From a virus (taxonomy: Duplodnaviria; Caudoviricetes): a DNA stretch of 38,641 nucleotides. The stretch spans positions 1 to 38,641 of IMG/VR virus record IMGVR_UViG_3300046318_000254; one strand, given 5' to 3'. Both the position numbers and the translations under genes were made by a program. Under the pieces are notes generated by a model that searched no databases, had not been told where the DNA came from, and was given only the letters and a program-made list of their open reading frames with translations. Positions 22,662 through 32,435 of this stretch are shown here, one piece after another. The stretch's first letter is position 1. Each line of letters opens with the position of its first letter.

Positions 22662-24965
22662 TCAAGCTAAATGTATGAGCTTGTACCGCACGGTTTTTCT
22701 TTTGTTGTATTTGTGTTCGCTGGTTTCCATCGAAATCTTCTTGCCGTTGACCAGTAGGGTTAGGGCTTCTTCGATGTCCGGGCGCTTATATTTGCGCTCC
22801 AACCGCCGCATGATCACGCCTGCCGTTTCGCCGTCAGGCCCATCGACCATCTGCAACAGGGTCATCACCAGCGCCTTTTCCGGGTCAACCTTTTCGTTGT
22901 CGTTGGCCAACACCAGCCGCATCTTGCTCTGGATGTCGCGACGCACCAGCGCATAGGCCCAGCGCACATGCTCGACCGTGCGAACGCCTTCCGGCACCGC
23001 CAAGATCAGGCTGATCTTGCTGACCTGTTCGTAACCCCGCAGCGGCAGGGCTTCCAGCCCGGTGCTTTCCTTATGCTCATAGGCCATCTGGTCGAACAGA
23101 TCGACGATGTTGTCCAGCATATCCGCCGCTTCGGACGATGTTGGGATTTCGATGCGCTCCCCGTAATGCTCAACCCGGCGGTTATGCCCGTCCATTACAT
23201 CGTACGTTCCACCAGACGACAGTTGCTGTATGGTAAGCTTCAACGCCTCGGGCATGGGGGTCTTCTTCCAGCCCTTTTTGGTTGCGGGTGTGGTGTCCTG
23301 TTCAATGCACAGGATCGCCCGCCCGATGAACCCGGTGGTCGCGCTTTCGAAATTGACCAACTCGTTAAAGTTCTTCTCGGTGGTGTAGCCCGTCATGGCG
23401 AGGAAGGGGCGGTCGATCCCGGCATCCAGCGTGTCTAACTGGTAGATGATGGCCTTCTGCCGGGCTAGGAAGTTGGGCTTCTCGCCGTGTTCATCCATCG
23501 CTTTCTCGACCTGCGTCAGTTCCTTCAACAGGTGGCCCCGGATGTCTTCCTTCAGGTCGCCCGACACCATCAGCCGCCCGTCCGCCTTGGAATAGGCCGA
23601 CATCAGCAGGCCGACCACGCCTTCCAGATAAGAAGCCCCGCTTTTCTTGGCACCGCTGATCTTTTGGAACAGGAACCCGACCTCGTCCATCATGTAGGCC
23701 GCCATCTGGTGCCTTGTCAGGTTACGGGCGATCTCTTGTTCGGACTTGATGGTGCCGTGAACTGCCGCCGACAGGCCGCAAGCTTCCAACACCTCGGCTG
23801 TGGCGCTTAGGATACCGTCCTTGCCGCTGCCCGATCCGGCGACGTTGAAGACGAACAGGTTGGTGGTGGCGCGATCTCGGTCGTCACGGTAATGCAGCCC
23901 GAAAGCCACGCCCATCGCCCAGATCGCCGACATGGCGGCCAAGGCTTCACGTTTGCGTCTGGTCCTGCTTTCTATCCACGTCGCAAGCTTCCCGGCAAAC
24001 CCCGGGGGGCGCAGGGGGTCGAACGAACTGATGTCGATGGCCTTCGGTGCCAGATATTCTTCCGGCGTCTCGAACGTGAATTCTTTGTCCGGCGTGAAGG
24101 TCACGGGCTGGATGTAGCCGTTGCGCTCCGCGTAATGCACCAACGTCCCCAGCGTGACCGGGTTGGCCGATTTGCCAAAGCTATGCCACTTGTACTCCAT
24201 CGACGTGTCGTCATATTTGGTCGATTGCTGTGACCACCTGTCCCATAGGTCGAAGCCCGCGCCCCCGGTGGCATGGTGCAGGGCCATGCCGATCTTGATC
24301 CACTCGTCATAATCCAGATCGGTGTTGGGGACGTGGGACAGCATCTCGGCCAGTTCCGCGTCGGCGACATCCACCGTCCTGCCGCCCAGATCGGCACGGT
24401 GGCGCTCCGGCACCCGCAGCAGGTTAAGCAGCGTGTCCGGCACCATGTCGATGTCTTCCGGCGATCCGTAGGCAATCTCGTACTTGGTGCCGCTGGCGTG
24501 TTGCGATCCGGGCCCGACCACAAAGGCCGCGCCGCTTTTGAAATCCAGACCCGGATATTCGATCAGCTTGCCCACCAGCGCCACGCCCTCGGGGACGCGG
24601 AAATAGTAGTGCTTGGACCCGTTACCGCTGCCCGTGTTGACGATCATGCCAGAACCCGCCACCTCTGGGATCACGCCCAAGAGCTTTTGCAGGCTGGCAA
24701 CGCCGCCGTTCCGCGCATCCACGTCAACGACAAGCAGTTCCCGGCAGGCAATACCATAGCCCGTCGCGAACTGGCCCATCTCGACCATCGTGTCCAATTG
24801 CTCTTCTGACCAGTGCGGCGTGTGCTGCCAATTGCTGACCCGTGGGTGCTTGAACAGGCTTTTCTCAGGGCAAGCAGGGTTTCCGCATTCGCATTTCCCG
24901 TCCTTGTCGCGGCCATACAGCCCAAAGACGCGAAATCCAGCCTCCCATATAATGCGGTATTCCAT
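22662..24965 (-). CDS. Primase: prim-pol domain + PriCT-2 + C-terminal P-loop (DUF3987-like) domain
   Basis: CECGNPAC...KHP, LVVDVD, TGSGNGSKHYYF; YDEWIKIGMALH...WDRWS...WHSF; AGSGSGKD, MMDEVG. Confidence 0.85.
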   Translation of the reverse strand: MEYRIIWEAGFRVFGLYGRDKDGKCECGNPACPEKSLFKHPRVSNWQHTPHWSEEQLDTMVEMGQFATGYGIACRELLVVDVDARNGGVASLQKLLGVIPEVAGSGMIVNTGSGNGSKHYYFRVPEGVALVGKLIEYPGLDFKSGAAFVVGPGSQHASGTKYEIAYGSPEDIDMVPDTLLNLLRVPERHRADLGGRTVDVADAELAEMLSHVPNTDLDYDEWIKIGMALHHATGGAGFDLWDRWSQQSTKYDDTSMEYKWHSFGKSANPVTLGTLVHYAERNGYIQPVTFTPDKEFTFETPEEYLAPKAIDISSFDPLRPPGFAGKLATWIESRTRRKREALAAMSAIWAMGVAFGLHYRDDRDRATTNLFVFNVAGSGSGKDGILSATAEVLEACGLSAAVHGTIKSEQEIARNLTRHQMAAYMMDEVGFLFQKISGAKKSGASYLEGVVGLLMSAYSKADGRLMVSGDLKEDIRGHLLKELTQVEKAMDEHGEKPNFLARQKAIIYQLDTLDAGIDRPFLAMTGYTTEKNFNELVNFESATTGFIGRAILCIEQDTTPATKKGWKKTPMPEALKLTIQQLSSGGTYDVMDGHNRRVEHYGERIEIPTSSEAADMLDNIVDLFDQMAYEHKESTGLEALPLRGYEQVSKISLILAVPEGVRTVEHVRWAYALVRRDIQSKMRLVLANDNEKVDPEKALVMTLLQMVDGPDGETAGVIMRRLERKYKRPDIEEALTLLVNGKKISMETSEHKYNKRKTVRYKLIHLA

Positions 24966-24968
24966 GCG

Positions 24969-25178
24969 TCAGGCCTTCTCGCCGAACAGATATTTTTCCA
25001 GCTTTTCGATGGTCGTCAGCGAAAATTTCTGGTCGCTGCTTTTTGCGATATTCCTGACCGTATTGACGTGCAGCCCGGTGGCTTCCGCCACTTTAGAATG
25101 TACGCGGTCTTGTAGAGCTTCCCGTACACGAGCGATTTGATCGGCAATAGCTTCTCGGATGTTTGTTACTTTCGTCAT
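24969..25178 (-). CDS. Cro/XRE-like HTH regulator
   Basis: 69 aa; SKVAEATGLHVNTVRNI...LTTIEKLEKYL; GAAAGGA RBS. Confidence 0.8.
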   Translation of the reverse strand: MTKVTNIREAIADQIARVREALQDRVHSKVAEATGLHVNTVRNIAKSSDQKFSLTTIEKLEKYLFGEKA

Positions 25179-25209
25179 GTTCGTTTGTTCCTTTCGTGAA
25201 CATAGCCTG

Positions 25210-25241
25210 TTGACATTCGCACAAGCGGCCTCTAAGGTCAA
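25210..25241. promoter_or_regulatory. Overlapping divergent promoters
   Basis: Plus: TTGACA-17-TAAGGT; minus: TTGACC-17-GAATGT. Confidence 0.55.
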
Positions 25242-25267
25242 TGGTGTTGGAAAAGGAGATAAGCGGA

Positions 25268-26026
25268 ATGTCCGTACTAGACCAAATTGCGAAACCTAAG
25301 CCACGGCCCCTGACCGTGACGATAATCGGGGAGGCCGGGCTGGGGAAAACATCCCTCGCGGCGACCTTCCCAAAGCCGATCTTCATTCGGGCCGAGGATG
25401 GCCTTAAGTCGATCACAAACAGCCCCATGCCTGATGCTTTCCCGGTCCTTACCTCGGTCGAAGACCTGTGGCCGCAGCTTTGGGCGCTGGCCAAGGAAGA
25501 GCATGAGTACCAGACACTGGTGGTGGACACCGTGTCAACGCTCGACACGCTCTTCACCGATTGGGTTGTCGAAACCGACCCTAACAAGCCCAAGAGCATC
25601 AACCAAGCCCTAGGTGGCTGGGGCGCTGGCACCAACATGGTGGCATCACAGCACCGCCGCCTGCGTAAGGGGTGCGAATACCTCTTGGACAAGGGGATGA
25701 ACGTGGTGTTCCTGTCCCACGCTGACACGGCAACCGTCAGCCCGCCGGACGGGAACCAGTACACCAAGTACACGATGCGGATGCACGAAAAGTCGATGCA
25801 GCCCTATGTGGACAACGTCGATCTGGTCGGCTTCCTGCGCCTTGAAGTTTTCACCAAGGGCGACGGCGATGTGAAAAAAGCGTTCTCCACCGGGGATCGC
25901 CAGTTGGTGTGCCACGCGATGGCCGCTAACGTCAGCAAGAACCGCTTCGGCATCACTGAACCCTTGGAGGTCAAGCCGGGCGTGAACCCGCTGGCCGCAT
26001 ATCTGATTAAAGGAGAGAAAAAATGA
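25268..26026 (+). CDS. Sak4-like AAA ATPase (AAA_24) recombination protein
   Basis: GEAGLGKTS, AEDG, TLVVDT, FLSHA, KNRFG; ATG 25268 after AGGAG. Confidence 0.85.
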   Translation: MSVLDQIAKPKPRPLTVTIIGEAGLGKTSLAATFPKPIFIRAEDGLKSITNSPMPDAFPVLTSVEDLWPQLWALAKEEHEYQTLVVDTVSTLDTLFTDWVVETDPNKPKSINQALGGWGAGTNMVASQHRRLRKGCEYLLDKGMNVVFLSHADTATVSPPDGNQYTKYTMRMHEKSMQPYVDNVDLVGFLRLEVFTKGDGDVKKAFSTGDRQLVCHAMAANVSKNRFGITEPLEVKPGVNPLAAYLIKGEKK

Positions 26027-26655
26027 GCGATGATTGGGTAAAGAACCTCCTCGGCCTGTCCGACGGCACCACCGTAAAGGCGGATGAAAAGGAATACGAA
26101 AGTCCCACAGGTGGTGGCGGTTTCAGCCTTTTCCCGAACAACACTTCGGTCAAGGCCGCTATCGACGAAGCCAAGTGGTCCAAGGACAAGGAAAACCGCG
26201 AACGCCTGTCGATCCGCTGGACCATCCTCGCCCCGGAAGAATACGCCAACCGCAAGGTCTTCCAGAACCTCTGGATCAAGGGCGTTGACCCCTATGAACT
26301 GGAAAAGGGCGGCGAAGAAAAAGCCATCGCCAAGCGTGACCGTCAGCGCATGATGTTTGGTGCCATCGACGCGAACGCTGGGGGAAAGTTGGCCGAACTT
26401 CTTATGGATGGCGTCGAGATCAAAGACGAACACCTGATGAAGCACCTGACCAACAAGCCGATGGTGATCCGCATTGACCTGATGGTGCCACGGGGTTCGG
26501 GCGATCCGCGCAACTTCGTCGCCAAGATTTCCCCGAAGACTTCCGCCGTCTCGACCCCGGAAGAAATCGCCAAGGGCAATGCCGAGGTTTCCGGCTTGAA
26601 GAAGACCTCTTCGTCAATGGCCAGCCGTAACCTTGACGACGAAATTCCCTTTTAA
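26023..26655 (+). CDS. Single-stranded DNA-binding protein (DUF669-like)
   Basis: LSIRWTIL...YANRKVFQNLW; acidic tail LDDEIPF; follows Sak4-like gene. Confidence 0.75.
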   Translation: MSDDWVKNLLGLSDGTTVKADEKEYESPTGGGGFSLFPNNTSVKAAIDEAKWSKDKENRERLSIRWTILAPEEYANRKVFQNLWIKGVDPYELEKGGEEKAIAKRDRQRMMFGAIDANAGGKLAELLMDGVEIKDEHLMKHLTNKPMVIRIDLMVPRGSGDPRNFVAKISPKTSAVSTPEEIAKGNAEVSGLKKTSSSMASRNLDDEIPF

Positions 26656-26715
26656 TAACAACAAGGTAGGGGCTTCTGTCCCTACCTACCACCCCCAACC
26701 GCAGAGAGATATGAC

Positions 26716-27303
26716 ATGACACGACTGACCAATGAGATGCGCGACCACATCCGCATCAAGATTATGACGGGCCTGCCCAATGTGGACTATCTGGCGCAGA
26801 TCAAAACGCTTTTTCAGAATGCGGTCCTCGAGTTTGCCCCTAAGCAGGTTCAGGAACTCTACGCCCACGAAAACGAGAAGCAATACCTGCAAAAAAACAG
26901 CATCGAACTGCGCGGCGATTGGGGTGACGGAAAGCGGTATTTGTTGCTCAACAACATTTACGGCCTCAATCAAGACGTATCGTTCAACGTCGATCCCCGC
27001 GTGGAAGTGACGTTGAAAGAGGGAAGCCTTGTCCATGCCCTGTACACCCGCCTGCACGAGAGCGGTCTGATCAACAAGCACAAGGATCAAATCATCTTGC
27101 GCGACAGCGTGGTCAAACGCCTTAAGTCCAACTTGCAAGCGGCCACAACCATCAAGCGGCTTTACACTGTCCTTGAACCAGAACTGCATGGGTACATCCC
27201 AAGGGAAGCTGATCCCACAAGCAACCTGCCAGCAATGGTCGCGCCAGTGGTGGACGACCTCCGCAAGCTTGGCGCTAAACTGCCGGAAGGGGCTGTGAAA
27301 TAA
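26716..27303 (+). CDS. Nmad5-like protein (nucleotide modification associated domain 5)
   Basis: RLTNEMRDHI N-terminus and TTIKRL...PEL...NLPA C-terminus. Confidence 0.65.
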   Translation: MTRLTNEMRDHIRIKIMTGLPNVDYLAQIKTLFQNAVLEFAPKQVQELYAHENEKQYLQKNSIELRGDWGDGKRYLLLNNIYGLNQDVSFNVDPRVEVTLKEGSLVHALYTRLHESGLINKHKDQIILRDSVVKRLKSNLQAATTIKRLYTVLEPELHGYIPREADPTSNLPAMVAPVVDDLRKLGAKLPEGAVK

Positions 27304-28163
27304 TGGAACAAAGATCACCAGAGTGGTTTGCCGCCCGCAAAGGCCGGATCACAGGGTCGATGGTGGGTGCCATCCTCGGCCTAGACCCCAACACCACCCG
27401 CGAAGAGGCGATGCGCCGGATGGTGCGGGCCTACCAAGGGCTGCCAAGCGAGTTCGAGGGCAACATCGCCACAACATGGGGCACCAATCACGAGGAAGAG
27501 GCCCGCGAGGATTTCGAATATGATCAGGGCTGCATTGTGGACGACGCCACCTTTGTGGTGCATCCAACGCTAAACTGGCTGGGAGCAAGCCCGGACGGGT
27601 ATATCAGCGACTACGCCCTGCTTGAGATCAAGTGCCCCTTCGGCCTGCGCGACAAGCCCCAGCCTGTGCCCTTTAAGAGCATCAAGGACCAGCCGCATTA
27701 CTACGCCCAGATGCAAATCCAGATGTACTGCACCGACCGGGTGGCCTGCTATTTCTGGCAGTGGACCCCGTTCGACCACGACCTAACCATCGTCGATTAC
27801 GACCCGATCTGGATCGAAGTGAACCTGCCCAAGCTGGAAGATTTCTACAACGAGTTCTTGGCGATCTGCGAAGACCTGCCGGAAGAAAAGCTGGTCATCG
27901 ACACCCCGATCTTGCGCCAGCGGTTGGCAGAATACGACGACCTTGCCAAGCAGATCGAAGAGGCCGAGGCCCGGCGCAAGGAAATCTTGGACGCGATGGT
28001 GTTTGAAAGCGCGGGCCAAGACGCCGTGATCTGCGGTCGCAAGCTTACCCAAGTGCAGCGGGCGGGCAGTGTATCGTACGCCGCAGTGGTCAAAGAACAT
28101 TTGCCCAGCCTTGATCTTGAAAAATACCGTGGCAAACCCTCAACCTACTGGACCTTGAAATGA
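27303..28163 (+). CDS. YqaJ / lambda-exonuclease family recombinase
   Basis: QRSPEWFAARKGRITGS, LGASPDG, LEIKCP, YYAQMQIQM. Confidence 0.92.
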   Translation: MEQRSPEWFAARKGRITGSMVGAILGLDPNTTREEAMRRMVRAYQGLPSEFEGNIATTWGTNHEEEAREDFEYDQGCIVDDATFVVHPTLNWLGASPDGYISDYALLEIKCPFGLRDKPQPVPFKSIKDQPHYYAQMQIQMYCTDRVACYFWQWTPFDHDLTIVDYDPIWIEVNLPKLEDFYNEFLAICEDLPEEKLVIDTPILRQRLAEYDDLAKQIEEAEARRKEILDAMVFESAGQDAVICGRKLTQVQRAGSVSYAAVVKEHLPSLDLEKYRGKPSTYWTLK

Positions 28164-28573
28164 GCGAACAAATGGAAATGGAAGCCCCTGAACGCGCCAC
28201 CGTTTACGAACAGTATCCAGAAGTTTTTGAAAAGATCAAAAGCGGTGGGTGGCCGAATATCTGTGAAGTGTCGAAGATCGTCTACAGCCTGCGGGAGCTT
28301 GACGCGATTGTGTCAAAAAGCTTTGGGGCGGTTTCGCACTGGCTGGTCAAGCCCGTGGCAAGCTCCATCACCGAGAAACGCGCCAAGGCGTATCTCGAAA
28401 ACCTGAACAAGCCCGTCCTCACGGCGCAGCCCGTTCTTCAATGGGTGCCAGTGGAAAAGCCGAAGCCAAAAACTGCCACGTTCATGGTGAAGGTTCCGGC
28501 GGAATATCTGGACAAGTGGGCGAAGCTTGCAAAGCTTTTGACCGAAGCTGGTGGCGAAGTTGAAGACTTCTGA
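28160..28573 (+). CDS. Hypothetical protein
   Basis: 137 aa, ATGA coupled. Confidence 0.7.
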   Translation: MSEQMEMEAPERATVYEQYPEVFEKIKSGGWPNICEVSKIVYSLRELDAIVSKSFGAVSHWLVKPVASSITEKRAKAYLENLNKPVLTAQPVLQWVPVEKPKPKTATFMVKVPAEYLDKWAKLAKLLTEAGGEVEDF

Positions 28574-28574
28574 C

Positions 28575-28817
28575 ATGTCGATTGAAGACAAGCTTCAGCG
28601 CCAGATCAACATCAACATGCAACTGCGGCGGCAGCTAGAAACTGCCCGCCGCGATGCGGTCGAATACTGCGCCAAGTTCTGCGAGGAACATATCGAACAG
28701 GACGGGGGAGAAGGAAAATCCCTGAAGCCAGTTCGAATGGCAGACGGCTTTACACATACGGGCCAACTATACGCCAAGGGATTAAGAGGAATTATCGGGA
28801 ATGCGCGTGATGATTAA
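28575..28817 (+). CDS. Hypothetical protein
   Basis: 80 aa from ATG 28575 right after upstream stop. Confidence 0.65.
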   Translation: MSIEDKLQRQININMQLRRQLETARRDAVEYCAKFCEEHIEQDGGEGKSLKPVRMADGFTHTGQLYAKGLRGIIGNARDD

Positions 28818-29118
28818 GGGTGTCATCTACGAAACCGTGGAAGACGCTGCTAAAGCCTACAATGTCAAGCCAACCTGCATCCGGCGGGCGATCAACGAGG
28901 GCAGGGAAGACCGCCTAAAGCCAAAGCCGCCAAGCTCCAAGAGGGGCCTGCCGCAGCCCTTCACCGTCGAAGGCGTCACTTTCCCTAACCAGAAGGCCGC
29001 CAACGATGCGCTGGGGTTTGGCTTCAACTACGTCACGCAGGCCGTGAACCGTAACAGCGCCGTGTCACTGGCAAAAGTGGCCGAAGCCGCCCGGCGATAC
29101 AAGCAGAATTGTGGCTGA
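28801..29118 (+). CDS. NUMOD1-like tandem HTH protein, paralog of 19597-19932
   Basis: IKGVIYETVEDAAKAYNV and VEGVTFPNQKAANDALGF. Confidence 0.7.
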   Translation: MRVMIKGVIYETVEDAAKAYNVKPTCIRRAINEGREDRLKPKPPSSKRGLPQPFTVEGVTFPNQKAANDALGFGFNYVTQAVNRNSAVSLAKVAEAARRYKQNCG

Positions 29119-29134
29119 TGATACAATTTGATTG

Positions 29135-29163
29135 TTGCGCGCCCAGTGCAAGGCTGGTATTCT
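29135..29163 (+). promoter_or_regulatory. Promoter for helicase operon
   Basis: TTGCGC-17 nt-TATTCT with TG extension; CAACCACGAGG leader follows. Confidence 0.55.
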
Positions 29164-29193
29164 TCCGTCACCAGCCAACCACGAGGTTTTGAA

Positions 29194-30978
29194 ATGACCC
29201 TGCGCCCGTACCAGCAAGAAGCCCACGATGCCATCATCGCTTGGATCAAGAAGAACACCGTTCCATGTTGCATTGAGGCCGCCACGGGCGCAGGGAAGTC
29301 TCACATCATCGCCGAGGTGGCCGACACCATCCACGCCATGTCCGGCGGCAAGCACGTCCTGTGCCTTGCCCCCAGCGCCGAACTGGTAACCCAGAACGCC
29401 GACAAGTTTCGCCTGACCGGGGCGCAGTGTTCCATCTTCTCGGCCACGGTCGGGGAAAAGAGCTTGCGCCACCCGGTTGTGTTTGGAACGCCCGGCACCG
29501 TCATCAACTCCATCAAGCGTTTTGGCAGTCACTTCGCTGCGGTCGTCATTGACGAATGCCACGGGATCACCCCTACGGTCAAAAGCATCATCGAAGAGAT
29601 GAAAAAGGTCAGCCCAAACCTGCGCGTGATCGGGCTGTCGGCCACGCCCTATCGCATGGGCACCGGGTACATCTTCGGGTTCTGGCCGGACGGCAAGCCC
29701 GTGCCGCCGAGCAAGACCAAAGACCCCTACTTTGAAGCCTGCGTTTATCGCATCCAAGCGCACACCCTGATCGAACAGGGGTACCTTACCAAGCCGACCA
29801 TCGGCAAGACCGCCGTCGAGGGCTACCAGACGCTGGACATGCAGCTAAATTCTCGGGGCCAGTTTGACATGGTCGCCATTGACCGGGCTTACCACGGGCA
29901 GGGCCGCAAGACATCGGCCATCATCGGCGACGTGGTGAGGCAGTCGGCCTTCCTGCGTGGCGTGATGATCTTTGCCGCCACCGTGCGCCATGCCAACGAG
30001 TGCATGGCCAGCCTGCCGCCCGACATGTCTGCGCTGGTCACCGGGGAAACCCCCAAGAAAGAACGCGACAACATCATCGCCAACTTCAAGGCGGGCAAGA
30101 TCAAATATCTGGTCAACGTCTCGGTCCTGACCACGGGCTTCGATGCCGCCCATGTGGAACTGATCGCGATCCTGCGGGCGACCGAAAGCGTTGGCCTGCT
30201 GCAACAGATCATCGGGCGCGGCCTTCGCATTGAGGAATTCAAGGAAACCTGCGTGATCCTTGATTACGCCGAAAACCTGCCCCGGCACTGCCCCGATGGC
30301 GACGTTTTCAACCCCAAGATTGAGGTCACCAAGGGCGACAAGGAAGACAGTTCCATCTCCTGCATTTGCCCCCTGTGCAACACGGAAAACGAATTCACGC
30401 CCCGGCCCAACAAGGAAGAATACCCCATCGACGATAACGGCTACTTCGTGGACGGAGATGGACAGCAAATCCAGACAGAATGGGGCGGGATGCCTGCCCA
30501 CTATGGTCGCCGCTGTGGGGCCAAGACCACCATTGCCGGGGAACGCATCCAATGCACCTACCGCTGGACGTTTAAGCCCTGCCCGCACTGCGAAGCCGAG
30601 AACGACATCTCGGCCCGGTACTGCACCACCTGCAAGGAAGAGATCGTTGACCCCAACGACAAGTTGCGGCTGGAATTCAAGGCCATGAAGAAAGACCCCA
30701 CCAAGAAGCAGACCGACAACGTAATCACATGGACCAAGCGCAGCCACATCGCCCGCAGCGGCAAGGAAACGTGGAAGATCGACGTGGTCACCGAATATCG
30801 GTCGTTTTCCTACTGGATTATGAAGCACCCAAACAACAGCTACGGCATGAGCGACTTGACAGCGATGCAGGCGCTGGGTGATGAAATGCCAGAGACAATT
30901 ACTTATCAACTGAACCCCGAGACGACGTACTATCGCGTCTTCGGTTATAACAGGACCGCAGATGCACCTCCCCAATGA
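29194..30978 (+). CDS. Superfamily 2 DExH helicase with zinc ribbons (RadD/YejH-like)
   Basis: LRPYQ, ATGAGKS, IDECH, GLSATP, LTTGFD, QIIGRGLR; CPLC, CPHC...CTTC. Confidence 0.92.
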   Translation: MTLRPYQQEAHDAIIAWIKKNTVPCCIEAATGAGKSHIIAEVADTIHAMSGGKHVLCLAPSAELVTQNADKFRLTGAQCSIFSATVGEKSLRHPVVFGTPGTVINSIKRFGSHFAAVVIDECHGITPTVKSIIEEMKKVSPNLRVIGLSATPYRMGTGYIFGFWPDGKPVPPSKTKDPYFEACVYRIQAHTLIEQGYLTKPTIGKTAVEGYQTLDMQLNSRGQFDMVAIDRAYHGQGRKTSAIIGDVVRQSAFLRGVMIFAATVRHANECMASLPPDMSALVTGETPKKERDNIIANFKAGKIKYLVNVSVLTTGFDAAHVELIAILRATESVGLLQQIIGRGLRIEEFKETCVILDYAENLPRHCPDGDVFNPKIEVTKGDKEDSSISCICPLCNTENEFTPRPNKEEYPIDDNGYFVDGDGQQIQTEWGGMPAHYGRRCGAKTTIAGERIQCTYRWTFKPCPHCEAENDISARYCTTCKEEIVDPNDKLRLEFKAMKKDPTKKQTDNVITWTKRSHIARSGKETWKIDVVTEYRSFSYWIMKHPNNSYGMSDLTAMQALGDEMPETITYQLNPETTYYRVFGYNRTADAPPQ

Positions 30979-31363
30979 CATCAGGATTTTCGGTGACGTG
31001 GATTACCGTGGGGCCTGCCCAAAGGAAACTTTGGAGCAGGTCACTTTCTTCAACCGCCTGCGCCGCGAGTACCCCGACACCTTGGGGATGATTGCCTTCC
31101 ACGTCCGCAACGAGGGCAAGCGCGACCACCTGACGGCTGCCACGCACAAGGCCGAGGGCATGACCACGGGCGCACCCGACATCGTCATACCCGGCGCACC
31201 CACGTTCATCTGTGAGCTTAAACGCCGCGACCACACCCAATCAGAGCTTCGCACCGCACAGCTTGCCTATCTGAGGGCCGCACAGGCCGCTGGGTGCTAT
31301 GTTTGCGTCGCCCTAGGGGTAGATGCCGCGTGGGAGGCACTTCATGCCTACATGGCGCGGTAA
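30962..31363 (+). CDS. VRR-NUC domain nuclease
   Basis: EQV, FHVRNEG, GAPDI, ICELK, AQLAYL. Confidence 0.85.
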   Translation: MHLPNDIRIFGDVDYRGACPKETLEQVTFFNRLRREYPDTLGMIAFHVRNEGKRDHLTAATHKAEGMTTGAPDIVIPGAPTFICELKRRDHTQSELRTAQLAYLRAAQAAGCYVCVALGVDAAWEALHAYMAR

Positions 31364-31583
31364 GCGGCCCAGCGCCCGCATTGCCGCCGTGCTGTCTGGA
31401 AAGGCCCCGCTGGAGGGCGAAGACCCGGCGATCCAGTCTGTGTGCAGCAAATACATTTTCGATGGCGCAACGGCGGTTCTCAAGATAAAGACCAAAGAGG
31501 CGCGCCGTGCGGCACTGGATCGGGCACCCGCTTTGATCCGGCCCCACCTTGAGCGCGAGGTTATGAGGTTATTCCGCCGATGA
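31344..31583 (+). CDS. Hypothetical protein
   Basis: ~79 aa after GGAGG; ATGA coupled to next gene. Confidence 0.6.
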   Translation: MPTWRGKRPSARIAAVLSGKAPLEGEDPAIQSVCSKYIFDGATAVLKIKTKEARRAALDRAPALIRPHLEREVMRLFRR

Positions 31584-31822
31584 GGTTTTTGGTTACGTTG
31601 AACATGCCCAGCCGGAAGGGCGAACTGGTCCATCAGGTGATCTGCGAATACCCCGTCAACAGCATTGAGGGCTTCCATGACGCCCTTAACGACAGCGATT
31701 TTATCCTCGTCGAAGAGTTCTACCGCAAGCCCGACAACGGGGGCTTCTACAGCGTTGGCATGGTGATCCTGAACACGATGCACATCGGCAAGGTTAAGGC
31801 CGAGGTCAGCGCAGAACGATAG
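31580..31822 (+). CDS. Hypothetical protein
   Basis: 80 aa; 3' end overlaps convergent tail gene by 17 nt. Confidence 0.7.
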   Translation: MRFLVTLNMPSRKGELVHQVICEYPVNSIEGFHDALNDSDFILVEEFYRKPDNGGFYSVGMVILNTMHIGKVKAEVSAER

Positions 31823-32435
31823 CACCCATATACATGGTACCTGACCCCATCGCACATGATACGCTATATGCCCCAGCGGGCGTGTTTTCGCGGTAAGCCG
31901 ACGATGCGCCACGCGATGGCCCGACAGAAGTATCGTTGACCGTGCGGATCATGGGTGAAGTCCATGTAAAAGAATTGTTGTCATTGCTGGCGTAGAGGTT
32001 TGCAATGATGGCGCTGCCCTCTTCCATAACCACGACACCCCCTGACGGGGTTCCAGAAGCATCTTGGGTTCCTGAATGCGGCACAAGGTCTTGCAGGCCA
32101 GTGATCGTATACCACATGCAGATCGTTCCCATGCTCATCGAACACGAGACTGATGTGCCAGTAGGAACTCTCGTCACAATAAACTGAGTGTAGCTTGATC
32201 CGCTAGAAAGCACAGTGCCGTCTGCCTGCGGATGCCACACTGTCTGGGAAACGCCGCCAATCGAAACCGTGCCTGTGGTAAGGCCGCCAGAAGATATTGC
32301 CAGAACAACGACACGGTTAGGGTTGTTTGCGCCTAAGTTTGTCAGGGTTGTGGGCTGACCGAAATAGTAACCGCAGAATGCCACCGTGGGGACATCTGAT
32401 GTCGGCTGATAAACTGGCATGACGGGGAATGACAT
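31806..32435 (-). CDS. Putative tail fibre / receptor-binding protein
   Basis: 209 aa S/T/G-rich beta protein, last gene of tail cluster. Confidence 0.55.
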   Translation of the reverse strand: MSFPVMPVYQPTSDVPTVAFCGYYFGQPTTLTNLGANNPNRVVVLAISSGGLTTGTVSIGGVSQTVWHPQADGTVLSSGSSYTQFIVTRVPTGTSVSCSMSMGTICMWYTITGLQDLVPHSGTQDASGTPSGGVVVMEEGSAIIANLYASNDNNSFTWTSPMIRTVNDTSVGPSRGASSAYRENTPAGAYSVSCAMGSGTMYMGAIVLR

